Both the position numbers and the translations under genes were made by a program. A DNA stretch of 64,000 nt from Candidatus Eiseniibacteriota bacterium (GTDB lineage Bacteria; Eisenbacteria; RBG-16-71-46), in assembly GCA_963707915.1 (NCBI GenBank), contig OY970178.1:2944001-3008000 (forward strand). Direction: 5' to 3'. The notes beneath the pieces are model-generated. The model was not told where the DNA came from, ran no database searches, and worked only from the letters and a program-made list of their open reading frames with translations. This document shows, piece by piece, positions 1 through 9,693 of this stretch; the first letter of the stretch is position 1, and each line of letters opens with the position of its first letter.

Positions 1-118
1 CGGCGGGTCCACCGGCCGGCCGCGGGGGGGGGCGGAGGGCGCCCGGGTGGCGGGCCGGCGAAGGGCCCGCCGGGTTGCGCCTGGAGCCTCTTCAGCGTAC
101 CCTACGCGCTCTTCCGGC

Positions 119-148
119 TTGACGATTACTGGATACTGTTGCTAACCT
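119..148 (+). promoter_or_regulatory. sigma70-type promoter (TTGACG-N18-TAACCT, extended -10 TG)
   Basis: TTGACG at 119-124, TG at 140-141 and TAACCT at 143-148 in an AT-richer patch upstream of the ATG at 194. Confidence 0.6.
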
Positions 149-193
149 CTCGTTACTTCCCTCCAACATGACTGGGCGTTCCAGGGGGCGCGG

Positions 194-2413
194 ATGCGCT
201 TGAGTGCACGGGTCGTTCTGTGTTTGCTGGCGTTGTCGTTGGGAGCAGGTTCGGGGTGCCGCAAGCCGTTGGCCCCGAACATCGACAGGAACGAACCCCC
301 CGAGACGTGGATCACGGCAGCGCCGCTGGACACGCTGACGCTCGAGGACAAGGACGGCCGGCCGGTCGACAAGGACGGCAACCTGATCACGGTGCCGGTC
401 TCCCCCATGGAGATCCCGGTCCGCTTCCACCTGTACTGGGCGGGCTCCGACAAGGACGGCGCCGTCTCGGGGTTCTACTACGCGGTGGTGGAGACCTCGG
501 TGATCGCGACCGACGGCTTCCTCCCGCCGCTGCCTGGACCGAATCCCGGCCAGTACCGGTTCACGACCAAGACCGACTCGACCTTCGTGTTCAAGGTCTC
601 GGAGTTGTTCGCCTACCGGAAGCACGCCTTCTACATCTACTCGGTGGACAACCTGGGCAAGCCGGACCCCACGCCGGCCCGATTCATCTTCAGCGCCCTG
701 GACAAGTTCCCGCCGCGGCCGGTCTTCGACCTCGCCCGGGCCACCGGCGAGATCGTCAGCCTCACGCCTGGCGGCGAGCCGGTCTCCGAATGGCAGACCT
801 TCGACGTCACCGACACGCTGAAGCACGGGACGGTCACGAGGGACACGGTGCCGGTCTTCAGCCGGCTGGACTTCCGCTGGCATGGCGAGATCACCCAGCC
901 CGGGACCTTCGTGGCGGGCTACAGTTACAAGCTCGACGAGCTCGAGTTCCAGCATGCGGACTCCTCGGTGAGGGCGGTTTCGTACGGCACGGGCCTGCCG
1001 GGCTCCTCGCCGGTCGCCCCGGGGCTGAAGATCTTCACGCTTCGTGCGCTCGACCAGGCCGAAGGCGCGGGTGAGACGACCCGGCGTTTCTTCATGAACT
1101 TCACGCCCGACACCTGGTGGGCCGGGCCCGCCCCCGAGGACTTCCCCGTGTCCACGGACGGGGAGTATGGCTCGCGCAGCGTGGACGTCATCAGTTGGCC
1201 GAGCCCGATCAGCCCGGCGTTCGTGACGAATCCTCCGCTGCCGGCAGGTTCCACGTTCGGTTCGGACTCGTTTGCGTACCGGCCCTCCAAGCGGTTCCCG
1301 CCGCGCCGGGACTTCGAGCGGCCCGGGACCTTCTACGAGATCTACAAGAACCGCTTCTATGCCCGCACCGAGGGCGACACCGTCCACATGAACTCGTGGA
1401 TCCTCCTGTGGAACGGTGGCTACGACAAGGACTCGCGTTACATCCCCAGGGTGGACAGCACGGACCAGCACCTGCAGAACCCGGACGGCAGCCTCGCCAC
1501 CGGAGAGGTGCTCGCGTCCGCGGGCCGGGTCGGTTCTCCGATCGGGTTCCGTTCCCAGGTCCCTTCCCGCCTGACTCCGGCTGGCCTGAAGAGCGTCCCG
1601 GCGCAGACCTCGATCTACCCGGTCTTCGAGCCCGCGTCGGTCTTCCGTTCCCCGCGGCTGGGGGGGTACTGGCGCATGCGGTCGGCGGGGAAGGCCTTCG
1701 CCCTGGCCCGTGCCGAGGACGCGGACGGCGGCCTCGACCAGACCGTGGTGGACCCGCTGCGGCTGGCCGAGACCGTGGACAACGGCGGAGGCACGCCGGC
1801 GGAACGCGCGCTGCGGCGCAAGGTGCTGGTCTTCTACGTAAACAAGGCGCCCGCGCTGGTCAGGACCGGGTCCCCGCCCTTCCAGCCCACCGACGGCCAG
1901 CTCATCAACTCCGTCCAGTGGACCTTCCTCCTGCGCGGCATGGACCTCGACCCGTTCGATTCCGAAGACGTCAACACCGGGGGCGGTGGTCCCACTCCGA
2001 AGACGATCATCCGCTACAAGATCACGCTCTACGGACAAGGATGGGTGGCACCCGACGGTCCCACGGGCCGCGACACGTCCTGGACCTACCTCCAGCCGAC
2101 GGGCCTGCCGTACATCCAGACCCTGGGCGGGGACCAGTCCCTGCTCTTCACCCCCGGCGGGACCATGGCGAAGAACATGTTCGCCTCGGGCCCGATCCGG
2201 GTGAGCATCCAGATCTGCGACTGCGCCGAGTGCGAGAGTGCGCCGGGACAGGGCCGCTGCGTCGAAGGCATCGACCCGTTCACCAAGCAGGTTCTCAACC
2301 CTGGAAACGTCATCACCGTCAATTACGAGAGGCCGCCAAGCGAGCCGGGACTTGGAGCCAGTTCATCGACCGGGGGCCAGCCGGGGCCCGACGCGTCGGG
2401 CAGGAGAGACTGA
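194..2413 (+). CDS. Lipoprotein with repeated FN3/Ig-like beta-sandwich modules, function unknown
   Basis: 739 aa ORF with GC3-biased codons; lipoprotein-type signal ending GAGSGC; motifs NEPPETWI, WAGSDKDG and VDNLGKPDPTPA. Confidence 0.75.
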   Translation: MRLSARVVLCLLALSLGAGSGCRKPLAPNIDRNEPPETWITAAPLDTLTLEDKDGRPVDKDGNLITVPVSPMEIPVRFHLYWAGSDKDGAVSGFYYAVVETSVIATDGFLPPLPGPNPGQYRFTTKTDSTFVFKVSELFAYRKHAFYIYSVDNLGKPDPTPARFIFSALDKFPPRPVFDLARATGEIVSLTPGGEPVSEWQTFDVTDTLKHGTVTRDTVPVFSRLDFRWHGEITQPGTFVAGYSYKLDELEFQHADSSVRAVSYGTGLPGSSPVAPGLKIFTLRALDQAEGAGETTRRFFMNFTPDTWWAGPAPEDFPVSTDGEYGSRSVDVISWPSPISPAFVTNPPLPAGSTFGSDSFAYRPSKRFPPRRDFERPGTFYEIYKNRFYARTEGDTVHMNSWILLWNGGYDKDSRYIPRVDSTDQHLQNPDGSLATGEVLASAGRVGSPIGFRSQVPSRLTPAGLKSVPAQTSIYPVFEPASVFRSPRLGGYWRMRSAGKAFALARAEDADGGLDQTVVDPLRLAETVDNGGGTPAERALRRKVLVFYVNKAPALVRTGSPPFQPTDGQLINSVQWTFLLRGMDLDPFDSEDVNTGGGGPTPKTIIRYKITLYGQGWVAPDGPTGRDTSWTYLQPTGLPYIQTLGGDQSLLFTPGGTMAKNMFASGPIRVSIQICDCAECESAPGQGRCVEGIDPFTKQVLNPGNVITVNYERPPSEPGLGASSSTGGQPGPDASGRRD

Positions 2414-2414
2414 G

Positions 2415-5042
2415 ATGAAGACTCGTGCGATTGTCCCGGTGCTGGCGGTCCTGATTGGGATCGGGGGCGCGGGCTGCGGCAAGGCGTTGAGACTCACGAA
2501 GCTCCAGAACCAGCCACCGACCGTGAGCCTGACCTGGGCCCCGATCGCCTCGGACAGCAAGGTGTTCTACATCTACAAGTTGAACTGGGTGGGGTACGAC
2601 CCGGACGGGCGCGTGGTCCGCTTCGAATACGCGATCGACGCGCCGACCGCGACCGGCGCCGCGATCAACTGGCGGAGCACGACGAGGAACGAAGAGACCA
2701 TCCGATTCGAGTCCGCCACGCCCGAGCCCGGGTTCGAGCACACCCCGGTCCCCCGCAGCGAGGATTTCCACCGGTTCAGGATCCGCGCGGTGGACAACCA
2801 GGGCGCGGTGTCCGAGCCGGTCGAGCGCGCGTTCTATTCCTACGGCGTCGCGCCCACGGTGAACATCCTGGCGCCCGTGCCCCAGACGCTGCTCGTGGCC
2901 AGGGTGACGCCCGCAGTTCGCGTCAGCTGGTCTGGCAGGGACTTCATCGACCCGTACGGCAGCGCGTTCGACAAGCCGCTCTACTACAAGTACACGCTAT
3001 TCAAGCGGGGGAGCCCCGGCGTCAACTGGGACGCCTGGCTGCAGGACCCCGACTCGCTGCGCAGGGAGGTCGCCCCGGCCTTCACGGACTGGGACTCGAT
3101 CGGGCCCGAGAACCCGGAAGTGCAGTTCACGAACCTCACGACGGGCAGCGAGTACCTGTTCGTGGTCGTGGCCTTCGGGCGCTCGGGCGCGTACTCGTCG
3201 ATCTTCGGCCTCACCTCGAACATGCTGCGCATGCGCGTCGAGCTCGCCGGCGTGTTCGGGCCCAAGATCACGCTCTTCAACTCGTTCTTCCAGTACACGT
3301 ATTCGAGCGGCGGCTTCTCGCTGGATCCCGCCCGGGCCATCCAGCTGCAGGTGCCCGCCGCGGTGCCCATCACGTTCAACTGGACCGCCGAGCCGCCGCA
3401 GGGCTCGGTCATGAAGCGCTATCGCTGGGTGCTCGACCTCGTGGCCCTGGACGACGAGACGCCGCGCGTCAACCAGAACGACTGGTATCACTGGAGTCCG
3501 TGGAGCGGAGCCCTCTCGGCGACGATCGGCCCGTTCACCGGGTCGGAAGGGGACACCGGCGAGATCCACAACTTCTACCTCGAGGCCGAGGACATCAATG
3601 GCCTCGTGAGCCTGGGGTGGGTGCAGTTCCGCGTCTATCGGCCGGTGTTCGACCGGGACATCCTGGTCGTGAACGACACCCGGTTCCAGGCCGACCAGGT
3701 GTCGGGGATCCAGCCGCCGGGGCGGACCGACAGCCTGCGGGCTCCGACCGGCGTCTGGCCCTCCCGCGCCGAGCTGGACACGTTCCTCTTCGCCGTGGGC
3801 GGCGTGCCCTGGAGGATGAAGACCCCCGGCCTGTTGAGTCCGCGGGGGATCTTCAAGGGCTACAGCTTCGACACCCTGGGGACGCGCTACGGCCTGACGA
3901 ACCCGACGATCCCGCTCGGGTTGCTCGGCCACTACCGGCACATCGTGTGGATGAGTGATCGGGCCGGTTCCTACACGCTTGGGCCGAATTCCAACACGCT
4001 GCCCATGCCGACCCTGTACTACATGTCCGATCGCAACCGGCAGAACACGCTGGCGACCTGGGTGGGCCAGGGCGGCCAGTTGTGGGCGCTGGGTGGCGGG
4101 TTCGGCCACCAGACGAACGCGGTCTGGAACCGGGTGCCCAACGACGCCAACCAGGTCCGGACCTACAACTACGACGCCAACCCCTCGCTCTCCGACCTCA
4201 ATCCCGGGCTGTTCATGTACGACCTGACCCACTGGCGCTCGCAGTTCCGGGTCTACGGGCCGGTCTTCGTGCGGGTCGCGCGCTTCGACCAGCCGGACCC
4301 GACGGCGGTGGGGCAGCCGAACTACTGGAAGGGCGGGGTCTTCACCAACCCCGACGTGAACTACACGAGCCTGCCGACGACGCTCGGGTTCCGTACGCCG
4401 GCGACGGATCCGATCTGGCCGTTCCGCACGCCCACCGAGTTCTACATCGGCAACACCGGCAACACGCTCGGCGTCTACGTCGAGTACCTCACGCTGGAGA
4501 ACCGCATCCTCGAGATGGTGCCGGCGCCCACCGAGGCGAACCCGGACGCGACGATCGAGGTCTCCAAGCTCGACAGCCTGTACCTGGTGTACGGCAGGTC
4601 CTACCCCAAGCAGATGAACCAGTCGTACAACGGGGAGGGCGTGAACGTGATGATGACGTACTACCACGGGCAGGATAACGCGCCGCTGGTCTTCACCGGC
4701 ATGGCGATCTGGGACTTCCGCCGGACGGATTGTCAGTCGCTGGTGGACTTCGTCCTGGGCCGCCTGTGGGGACTGCAGAATAACTCCGTCAACAGCGCCG
4801 CCTCACGCGCCACGACGCCCAACTTCGTCCGGCGGGCCGCCGTCGCTGCGTCGCCCGTTCAGCGATCATTCGTGCCGGTGGATCAGCCGGCCGGTCAGCC
4901 GGTCTGGCAGCCGGTCGGGTCCGCGACCCGACAGCCGGTCGGTCAGCCCTCCCGGCCCGCGGTCGGTCAGCCGTCCCGGCAGCCAGTCCGGCAGCCGGTC
5001 GGCAAGCCGGCCGGCACCTCAACAATCCAGCGCTGGCGCTAA
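2415..5042 (+). CDS. Lipoprotein paralogous to 194-2413, with a low-complexity QPVG tail
   Basis: ATG 1 nt after the upstream stop; signal MKTRAIVPVLAVLIGIGGAGC; motifs NQPPTV, WVGYDPDG and RAVDNQG mirror the upstream gene. Confidence 0.75.
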   Translation: MKTRAIVPVLAVLIGIGGAGCGKALRLTKLQNQPPTVSLTWAPIASDSKVFYIYKLNWVGYDPDGRVVRFEYAIDAPTATGAAINWRSTTRNEETIRFESATPEPGFEHTPVPRSEDFHRFRIRAVDNQGAVSEPVERAFYSYGVAPTVNILAPVPQTLLVARVTPAVRVSWSGRDFIDPYGSAFDKPLYYKYTLFKRGSPGVNWDAWLQDPDSLRREVAPAFTDWDSIGPENPEVQFTNLTTGSEYLFVVVAFGRSGAYSSIFGLTSNMLRMRVELAGVFGPKITLFNSFFQYTYSSGGFSLDPARAIQLQVPAAVPITFNWTAEPPQGSVMKRYRWVLDLVALDDETPRVNQNDWYHWSPWSGALSATIGPFTGSEGDTGEIHNFYLEAEDINGLVSLGWVQFRVYRPVFDRDILVVNDTRFQADQVSGIQPPGRTDSLRAPTGVWPSRAELDTFLFAVGGVPWRMKTPGLLSPRGIFKGYSFDTLGTRYGLTNPTIPLGLLGHYRHIVWMSDRAGSYTLGPNSNTLPMPTLYYMSDRNRQNTLATWVGQGGQLWALGGGFGHQTNAVWNRVPNDANQVRTYNYDANPSLSDLNPGLFMYDLTHWRSQFRVYGPVFVRVARFDQPDPTAVGQPNYWKGGVFTNPDVNYTSLPTTLGFRTPATDPIWPFRTPTEFYIGNTGNTLGVYVEYLTLENRILEMVPAPTEANPDATIEVSKLDSLYLVYGRSYPKQMNQSYNGEGVNVMMTYYHGQDNAPLVFTGMAIWDFRRTDCQSLVDFVLGRLWGLQNNSVNSAASRATTPNFVRRAAVAASPVQRSFVPVDQPAGQPVWQPVGSATRQPVGQPSRPAVGQPSRQPVRQPVGKPAGTSTIQRWR
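4884..5014 (+). repeat. Degenerate 12-bp tandem repeat (CAGCCGGTCGGT-like) encoding QPVG/QPSR units
   Basis: Repeated CAGCCG units visible in the DNA; protein reads DQPAGQPVWQPVGSATRQPVGQPSRPAVGQPSRQPVRQPVGKPAG. Confidence 0.7.
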
Positions 5043-5055
5043 CGGGAGCCGTCGA

Positions 5056-6153
5056 ATGACTCGAACTGGTCGCGATCACCGCATCCCCGTCCTCGTCCTC
5101 CTGGCGCTGGCCCTCATGGCCGGCGCCGGGAGCGTGTCCGCCGCCCACGCCCAGTCGGGCGAGACTCCGCAGCAGTTCTGGCATATCCCGGTCTGGGCCA
5201 TGCCGGGGGCGTGGCAGGACAACACGGCCCGCGACTCCACCCGCTGCGTCGGGAGGGTGGAGCCCCGGCTGGACAGCCTGACTCAGAGGTCACGAACCAT
5301 CACGGTGCGCTTCCTGCGCAGCCGGCGGGTCGAGGCGCGGGCCGACTTCGGGGGGTACCGGATCTACCGCTGCACCAACACGCGGGACACCACCACCGCG
5401 ATGCTGCTGCGACGCTACTCGGTGAACGACTTCGACGAGCCGTTGTGGCACTTCTCGCGCGTGGACACGACGGTCGCCGACAGCCTCCCGTTCCGGTGCG
5501 GCTCGGCGCCGGCCTACTACGACAGCGTCCTGACGTTCGTGGACCCGGATTCCAGCGGGGCCCTGGTCAAGGTGTGTCGCTACGCGACCCCGGGCGAATG
5601 CATCGCCAAGCGTGACTCGGTCTGGGCGCTGATGACGGTGCCGGGCCCGCACGACGGCTTCCGTACCTGGTACTCGGTCACCTACGAGGCCAGGAACACG
5701 ATCGACAACACCTACGAGGACATGTTCGTCCCGGACACGGGCGACGACTACGCCCGCTGCGGCCAGTACGGGGACCCGCGGACCTGCCCGAACCTGAACA
5801 ACAAGCTCGCGAACATGATGGCCGAGGCCGACTACGTCGAGCCGACCAAGGGGCCCACCCAGAACCTGCAGGCCGTGACGGTGGTGCCCAACCCGTTCCG
5901 GGGCCGGGAATCGTGGGACCGACCGGACGGCAACGAGGTGCACTTCAACAACCTTCCGTCCAAGGCGAGGATCCGGGTCTACACGGTCGCCGGGGACCTC
6001 GTCCGCGATCTGAACCACGACGATCCGGTGCGTGACTTCGAGCGCTGGGATCTCAAGAACGCGAATGGCCGGGACGTCGTCTCGGGGATCTACATGTACC
6101 GGGTCGAGTCGGGCAGCTTCTTCGCCCAGGGTCGTTTCACCGTCATTCGCTAG
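5056..6153 (+). CDS. Secreted Cys-containing protein with T9SS-like/FlgD-Ig C-terminal domain
   Basis: Signal peptide ending AAHA-Q; C-terminus VVPNPF...IRVYTVAGDLVR...WDLKNANGRDVVSGIYMYRV...FTVIR. Confidence 0.75.
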   Translation: MTRTGRDHRIPVLVLLALALMAGAGSVSAAHAQSGETPQQFWHIPVWAMPGAWQDNTARDSTRCVGRVEPRLDSLTQRSRTITVRFLRSRRVEARADFGGYRIYRCTNTRDTTTAMLLRRYSVNDFDEPLWHFSRVDTTVADSLPFRCGSAPAYYDSVLTFVDPDSSGALVKVCRYATPGECIAKRDSVWALMTVPGPHDGFRTWYSVTYEARNTIDNTYEDMFVPDTGDDYARCGQYGDPRTCPNLNNKLANMMAEADYVEPTKGPTQNLQAVTVVPNPFRGRESWDRPDGNEVHFNNLPSKARIRVYTVAGDLVRDLNHDDPVRDFERWDLKNANGRDVVSGIYMYRVESGSFFAQGRFTVIR

Positions 6154-6352
6154 GCTTCAGCGGGCCGGCGAGGCCCTGGAACGGACGGCGCGGCCGCGGG
6201 TTGGCGAAGAGCTCCCGCGGCCGCGGTCTTCCTCCCCCCCGGGGCCCGCGACGCCGGCGTGCGGCGGCGCGGGGTTCCACGGCATGGGGGCGGACAGGCT
6301 ACAATGGACGCACCGGCGCGTGGTCCAGGAGCCGGTGGAGGTTGAAGGCGCG

Positions 6353-8203
6353 ATGGTCCAGAGAATGACGGCCGCGCTGCGCGGGGTCCCGGGCGTCGCC
6401 GCGCTGCTGCTGGTCTCCTGCCTGGCCGGCCCGGCTGCGGCCGTGGCGCTCCAGGGCGAGCCGGCCTCGAAGCTCGATCCACGCCTGTGGTCCGCGCTGT
6501 CGGCCGGCGAGGCCGAGCCGGTGAGCGCGTGGGTCACCTTCGGGGACAAGGGCGAGACCGGTCCCGGCGACCTCGTCCGGCGACTCGCCGAGGCCGGGGC
6601 CGCGCTCGAACCGCGCGCGCGCGCGCGCCGCGAACGGGCCGGGGTCACGCCGCTGGTGGACTACCTCGACCTGCCCGTGCACGCGCCCTACGTCGCTGCG
6701 GTCCGGGCGCTGGGACTCGCGCCCTACGGGACCTCGCGCTGGTTCAACCGCGTGGCGGTGCGGGCCGACGGCGCCCAGCTGGCGGCCCTGGCTGGGCTGC
6801 CCTGCGTCGCGGCGCTGACTCCGGTGGACCGGGCGATGCCGATGCGGGACGTGCCCGCCGGCCCGGGCCCGGGAGCGCGCGGAGCGGCGCCGGCCTCGGT
6901 GCGGGCGGCCACGGCGCTCGACTACGGGCTCGCCGCCCCGCAACTCGCGCAGATCGGCGTGCCCGCGCTGCACGACTCGGGCTACACCGGCGCCGGTGTG
7001 CTGGTCTGCGTGCTCGACGAAGGCTTCAACCACTACCGCACGCACCCCGCCCTCCGGGACGCCGAGGTCCTGGCGACGCGCGACTTCGTGCGGGGCGTGG
7101 AGGATCCGACCGACCCCGCGCACGACAGCTGGTTCTCCCACGGGACCCACACGCTGAGCTGCATCGCCGGCGACCAGCCGGGCCGCTACCTCGGCGCCGC
7201 GCCGGGCGCGGCGTTCATGCTCGGGCGCACCGAATACCACCCCACCGAGACGCCGGTCGAGATGGTCTACTGGGGCATGGGCGCGGAGTGGGCCGACAGC
7301 GCGGGCGCCGACATCATCAGCTCGTCCCTCGGGTACGGCCCGTTCGACTACCCGGAGACCTCCTACACCTACGCCTCGATGGACGGCCACACCACCGTCG
7401 TCAGCCGGGCGGCGGAGATCGCCGCCAGCAAGGGCATCCTGGTCGTGAACTCGGCGGGCAACTACGGCAACCAGGCCTGGCACTACATCCTCGCGCCGGC
7501 CGACGTGGACGGCGACAGCCTGATCGCCGCGGGCGCCGTGGACGCGAACGGCACGCCCGCCGGCTTCAGCTCGTACGGTCCCAGCGCCGACGGGCGGGTG
7601 AAGCCCGACCTCGCAGCGCTCGGCGTGGCCGCGTGGGTCGCGATGGCCGCCGACACGGGCTACGTGCAGCAGAGCGGCACCTCGTTCTCCTGTCCGCTCC
7701 TCGCCGGGCTCGCCGCCTGCCTGATGCAGGCGCGACCCGGCTGGCCACCGAGGCTCATCATCCGCGGCCTGCGGCTCACCGCCTCGCAGGCCCTGGAGCC
7801 CGACGATCGCGTGGGCTACGGCATCCCCGACGGGGCCGCCGCGCTGCGCTGGATCCCGGACACCGCCTCGGTTCCCGGTCCGCCGCCCTTCACGCTGGGA
7901 TTGCGCCTCACCGGGGCGAATCCCATCACCCCCCGCGCACCCGTGACCCGCGTGGACTTCGGTGTGGGGGCCGGGGTGGGCGAGCCGCGGTTGCGCGTCT
8001 ACGACGCCCAGGGCCGCCTGGTTGTGCGGGACCTCGAGAGCAAGCGCAATCCCCAGGTCGCCGGGAACGGGCTCGCGCGGACCGCGACCTGGGACGGCCG
8101 CGACAGCGACGGCAGGCGGTTGCGGAGCGGGATCTACTTCATCACGCTCGAAGCCGGCGGCCGGCGCGCCGCGCTCCGCGTGATCTCCCTGCTTTCGCGT
8201 TGA
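6353..8203 (+). CDS. S8 (subtilisin-family) serine peptidase with FlgD-Ig/T9SS-like C-terminal domain
   Basis: Catalytic motifs VLDEG, HGTHTLS, NSAGN and SGTSFSCP; tail WDGRDSDGRRLRSGIYF; TACAAT -10 box at 6300-6305 supports the ATG at 6353. Confidence 0.9.
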   Translation: MVQRMTAALRGVPGVAALLLVSCLAGPAAAVALQGEPASKLDPRLWSALSAGEAEPVSAWVTFGDKGETGPGDLVRRLAEAGAALEPRARARRERAGVTPLVDYLDLPVHAPYVAAVRALGLAPYGTSRWFNRVAVRADGAQLAALAGLPCVAALTPVDRAMPMRDVPAGPGPGARGAAPASVRAATALDYGLAAPQLAQIGVPALHDSGYTGAGVLVCVLDEGFNHYRTHPALRDAEVLATRDFVRGVEDPTDPAHDSWFSHGTHTLSCIAGDQPGRYLGAAPGAAFMLGRTEYHPTETPVEMVYWGMGAEWADSAGADIISSSLGYGPFDYPETSYTYASMDGHTTVVSRAAEIAASKGILVVNSAGNYGNQAWHYILAPADVDGDSLIAAGAVDANGTPAGFSSYGPSADGRVKPDLAALGVAAWVAMAADTGYVQQSGTSFSCPLLAGLAACLMQARPGWPPRLIIRGLRLTASQALEPDDRVGYGIPDGAAALRWIPDTASVPGPPPFTLGLRLTGANPITPRAPVTRVDFGVGAGVGEPRLRVYDAQGRLVVRDLESKRNPQVAGNGLARTATWDGRDSDGRRLRSGIYFITLEAGGRRAALRVISLLSR

Positions 8204-8259
8204 CCCGCACTCGGTCTCCTCTTCCCATGTTCCGACTCCAGACGAAAGGACCCCTGCGC

Positions 8260-9693
8260 ATGAAGACACCAGGACTGTTCCTGCTCCTCGCGACCGTGGC
8301 GGCGCTCGCGCCCGCGTCCCGGGCGCCAGCTGCGGCGCCGGTGCCGGCGCCCGTGGTCCCCGCGGTCGCCCCGGCCACCGACGTCCGGCTGGTGACGCTC
8401 AAGAACGGCTTGCGGCTCCTGCTGGCGCCCGACTCGACGTCGGTCGCGGTGGACGTGGCCGTCTGGTACCGGGCCGGCGCGGTGCACGAGCGTGCGGGCA
8501 TCAGCGGCATCTCCCGGCTGTTCGAGCGGCTCCTGTTCGCCGGCTCGGGGAGCTTCGGTCCGCAGGAGCACGCCCGCCTGGTGCAGGCCGAGGGCGGCTC
8601 GGTCGGCGCGTACACCACGTCCGACTACGCGTGCACCTACCAGACCATCCCGTCCGGCGCGCTCGAGCTGGTCCTGAAGCTCGAGGCGGACCGCATCGGC
8701 TCGCTCAAGCTGACGGACGCGGCGGTGGAAGCCGCGAAGCGCACGACCCGCGCGGAGAAGCGCCAGCGGGACGAGGCGTCGCTGATCGGCGGGGCGTTCG
8801 AGGGGCTCGGGCGGCTCGCGTGGCCGGGGCACCCCTACCGCTGGCCCGTCATGGGGCTCGACGAAGACCTCGTGCGCATCAGCCTGGCGGACTGCCAGGC
8901 CTACTACCTGGAGCATTTCGCGCCCAACAACGCCACCGTGACCATCGTCGGCCGGTTCGACCCGGACCAGGCGCTGCTCGCGGCGAAGCGCTGGCTCGAG
9001 CCGGTCAAGCGCCGTCGCCTCGCGGGCGATGCCGCGCGGCCCGAGCCGGCGCAGACGACCGCGCGCCGGGCGTTCGAGCGCATGGACGTGCCGCTCGGCC
9101 TGGTGCTCGTCGGGTGGCGGGCCCCGGGTCACGGGGACCCGGACAGCCCTGCCCTCGGCCTGCTCTCCCGCATCCTCACCCGGGGGCCGGCCTCGCGGCT
9201 GCAGCGCGCCCTGAAGGCCGAGCCGCTGCGGTGCGTCCTGGTCCAGGGGGTCCTGGACGACCGGCGTGACGACGCCCTGCTCTGTGCCGTCGCCGTCACC
9301 AGGCCGGGCGCCGACAGCGCAACGGTCGAGCGCGTGCTGGTCGAGGAGGTCGAGAAGCTCGGCCGGGAGCCGGTCGGGGAGGAGGAGCTGGAACGTGCCC
9401 GGCGGCAGGAGGAGATCGCCACCCTGCTCGCGTGGCAGACGGTCCGCGGCCGCGCCGACGCGCTGGGCTCGGCCCAGATGCTCCAGGGCGACTGGCGCGC
9501 CGCCGCGCTCCGTCTCGACCGCGTGCTCCGGCTCACGCCGGCCGACCTGCAGCGCGCCGCGGCGCGCGTGCTCGTCCCCGGCGGGCGCGACGTGCTGTGG
9601 GTCGCGCCCGTGAACCCGGCGGCGGTGGCTCCGGCGGGCTCCGTTGGCGGAGCGCCCGGTTCCGGTGCGCCGCCTGCCGAGGGAGGACGATGA
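8260..9693 (+). CDS. M16B (pitrilysin/insulinase family) peptidase-like protein, catalytic motif degenerate
   Basis: TLKNGL, WYRAGAVHE, HPYRWPVMG and FAPNNA motifs; the HxxEH position reads RLFER; signal peptide; AAGGA RBS. Confidence 0.85.
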   Translation: MKTPGLFLLLATVAALAPASRAPAAAPVPAPVVPAVAPATDVRLVTLKNGLRLLLAPDSTSVAVDVAVWYRAGAVHERAGISGISRLFERLLFAGSGSFGPQEHARLVQAEGGSVGAYTTSDYACTYQTIPSGALELVLKLEADRIGSLKLTDAAVEAAKRTTRAEKRQRDEASLIGGAFEGLGRLAWPGHPYRWPVMGLDEDLVRISLADCQAYYLEHFAPNNATVTIVGRFDPDQALLAAKRWLEPVKRRRLAGDAARPEPAQTTARRAFERMDVPLGLVLVGWRAPGHGDPDSPALGLLSRILTRGPASRLQRALKAEPLRCVLVQGVLDDRRDDALLCAVAVTRPGADSATVERVLVEEVEKLGREPVGEEELERARRQEEIATLLAWQTVRGRADALGSAQMLQGDWRAAALRLDRVLRLTPADLQRAAARVLVPGGRDVLWVAPVNPAAVAPAGSVGGAPGSGAPPAEGGR

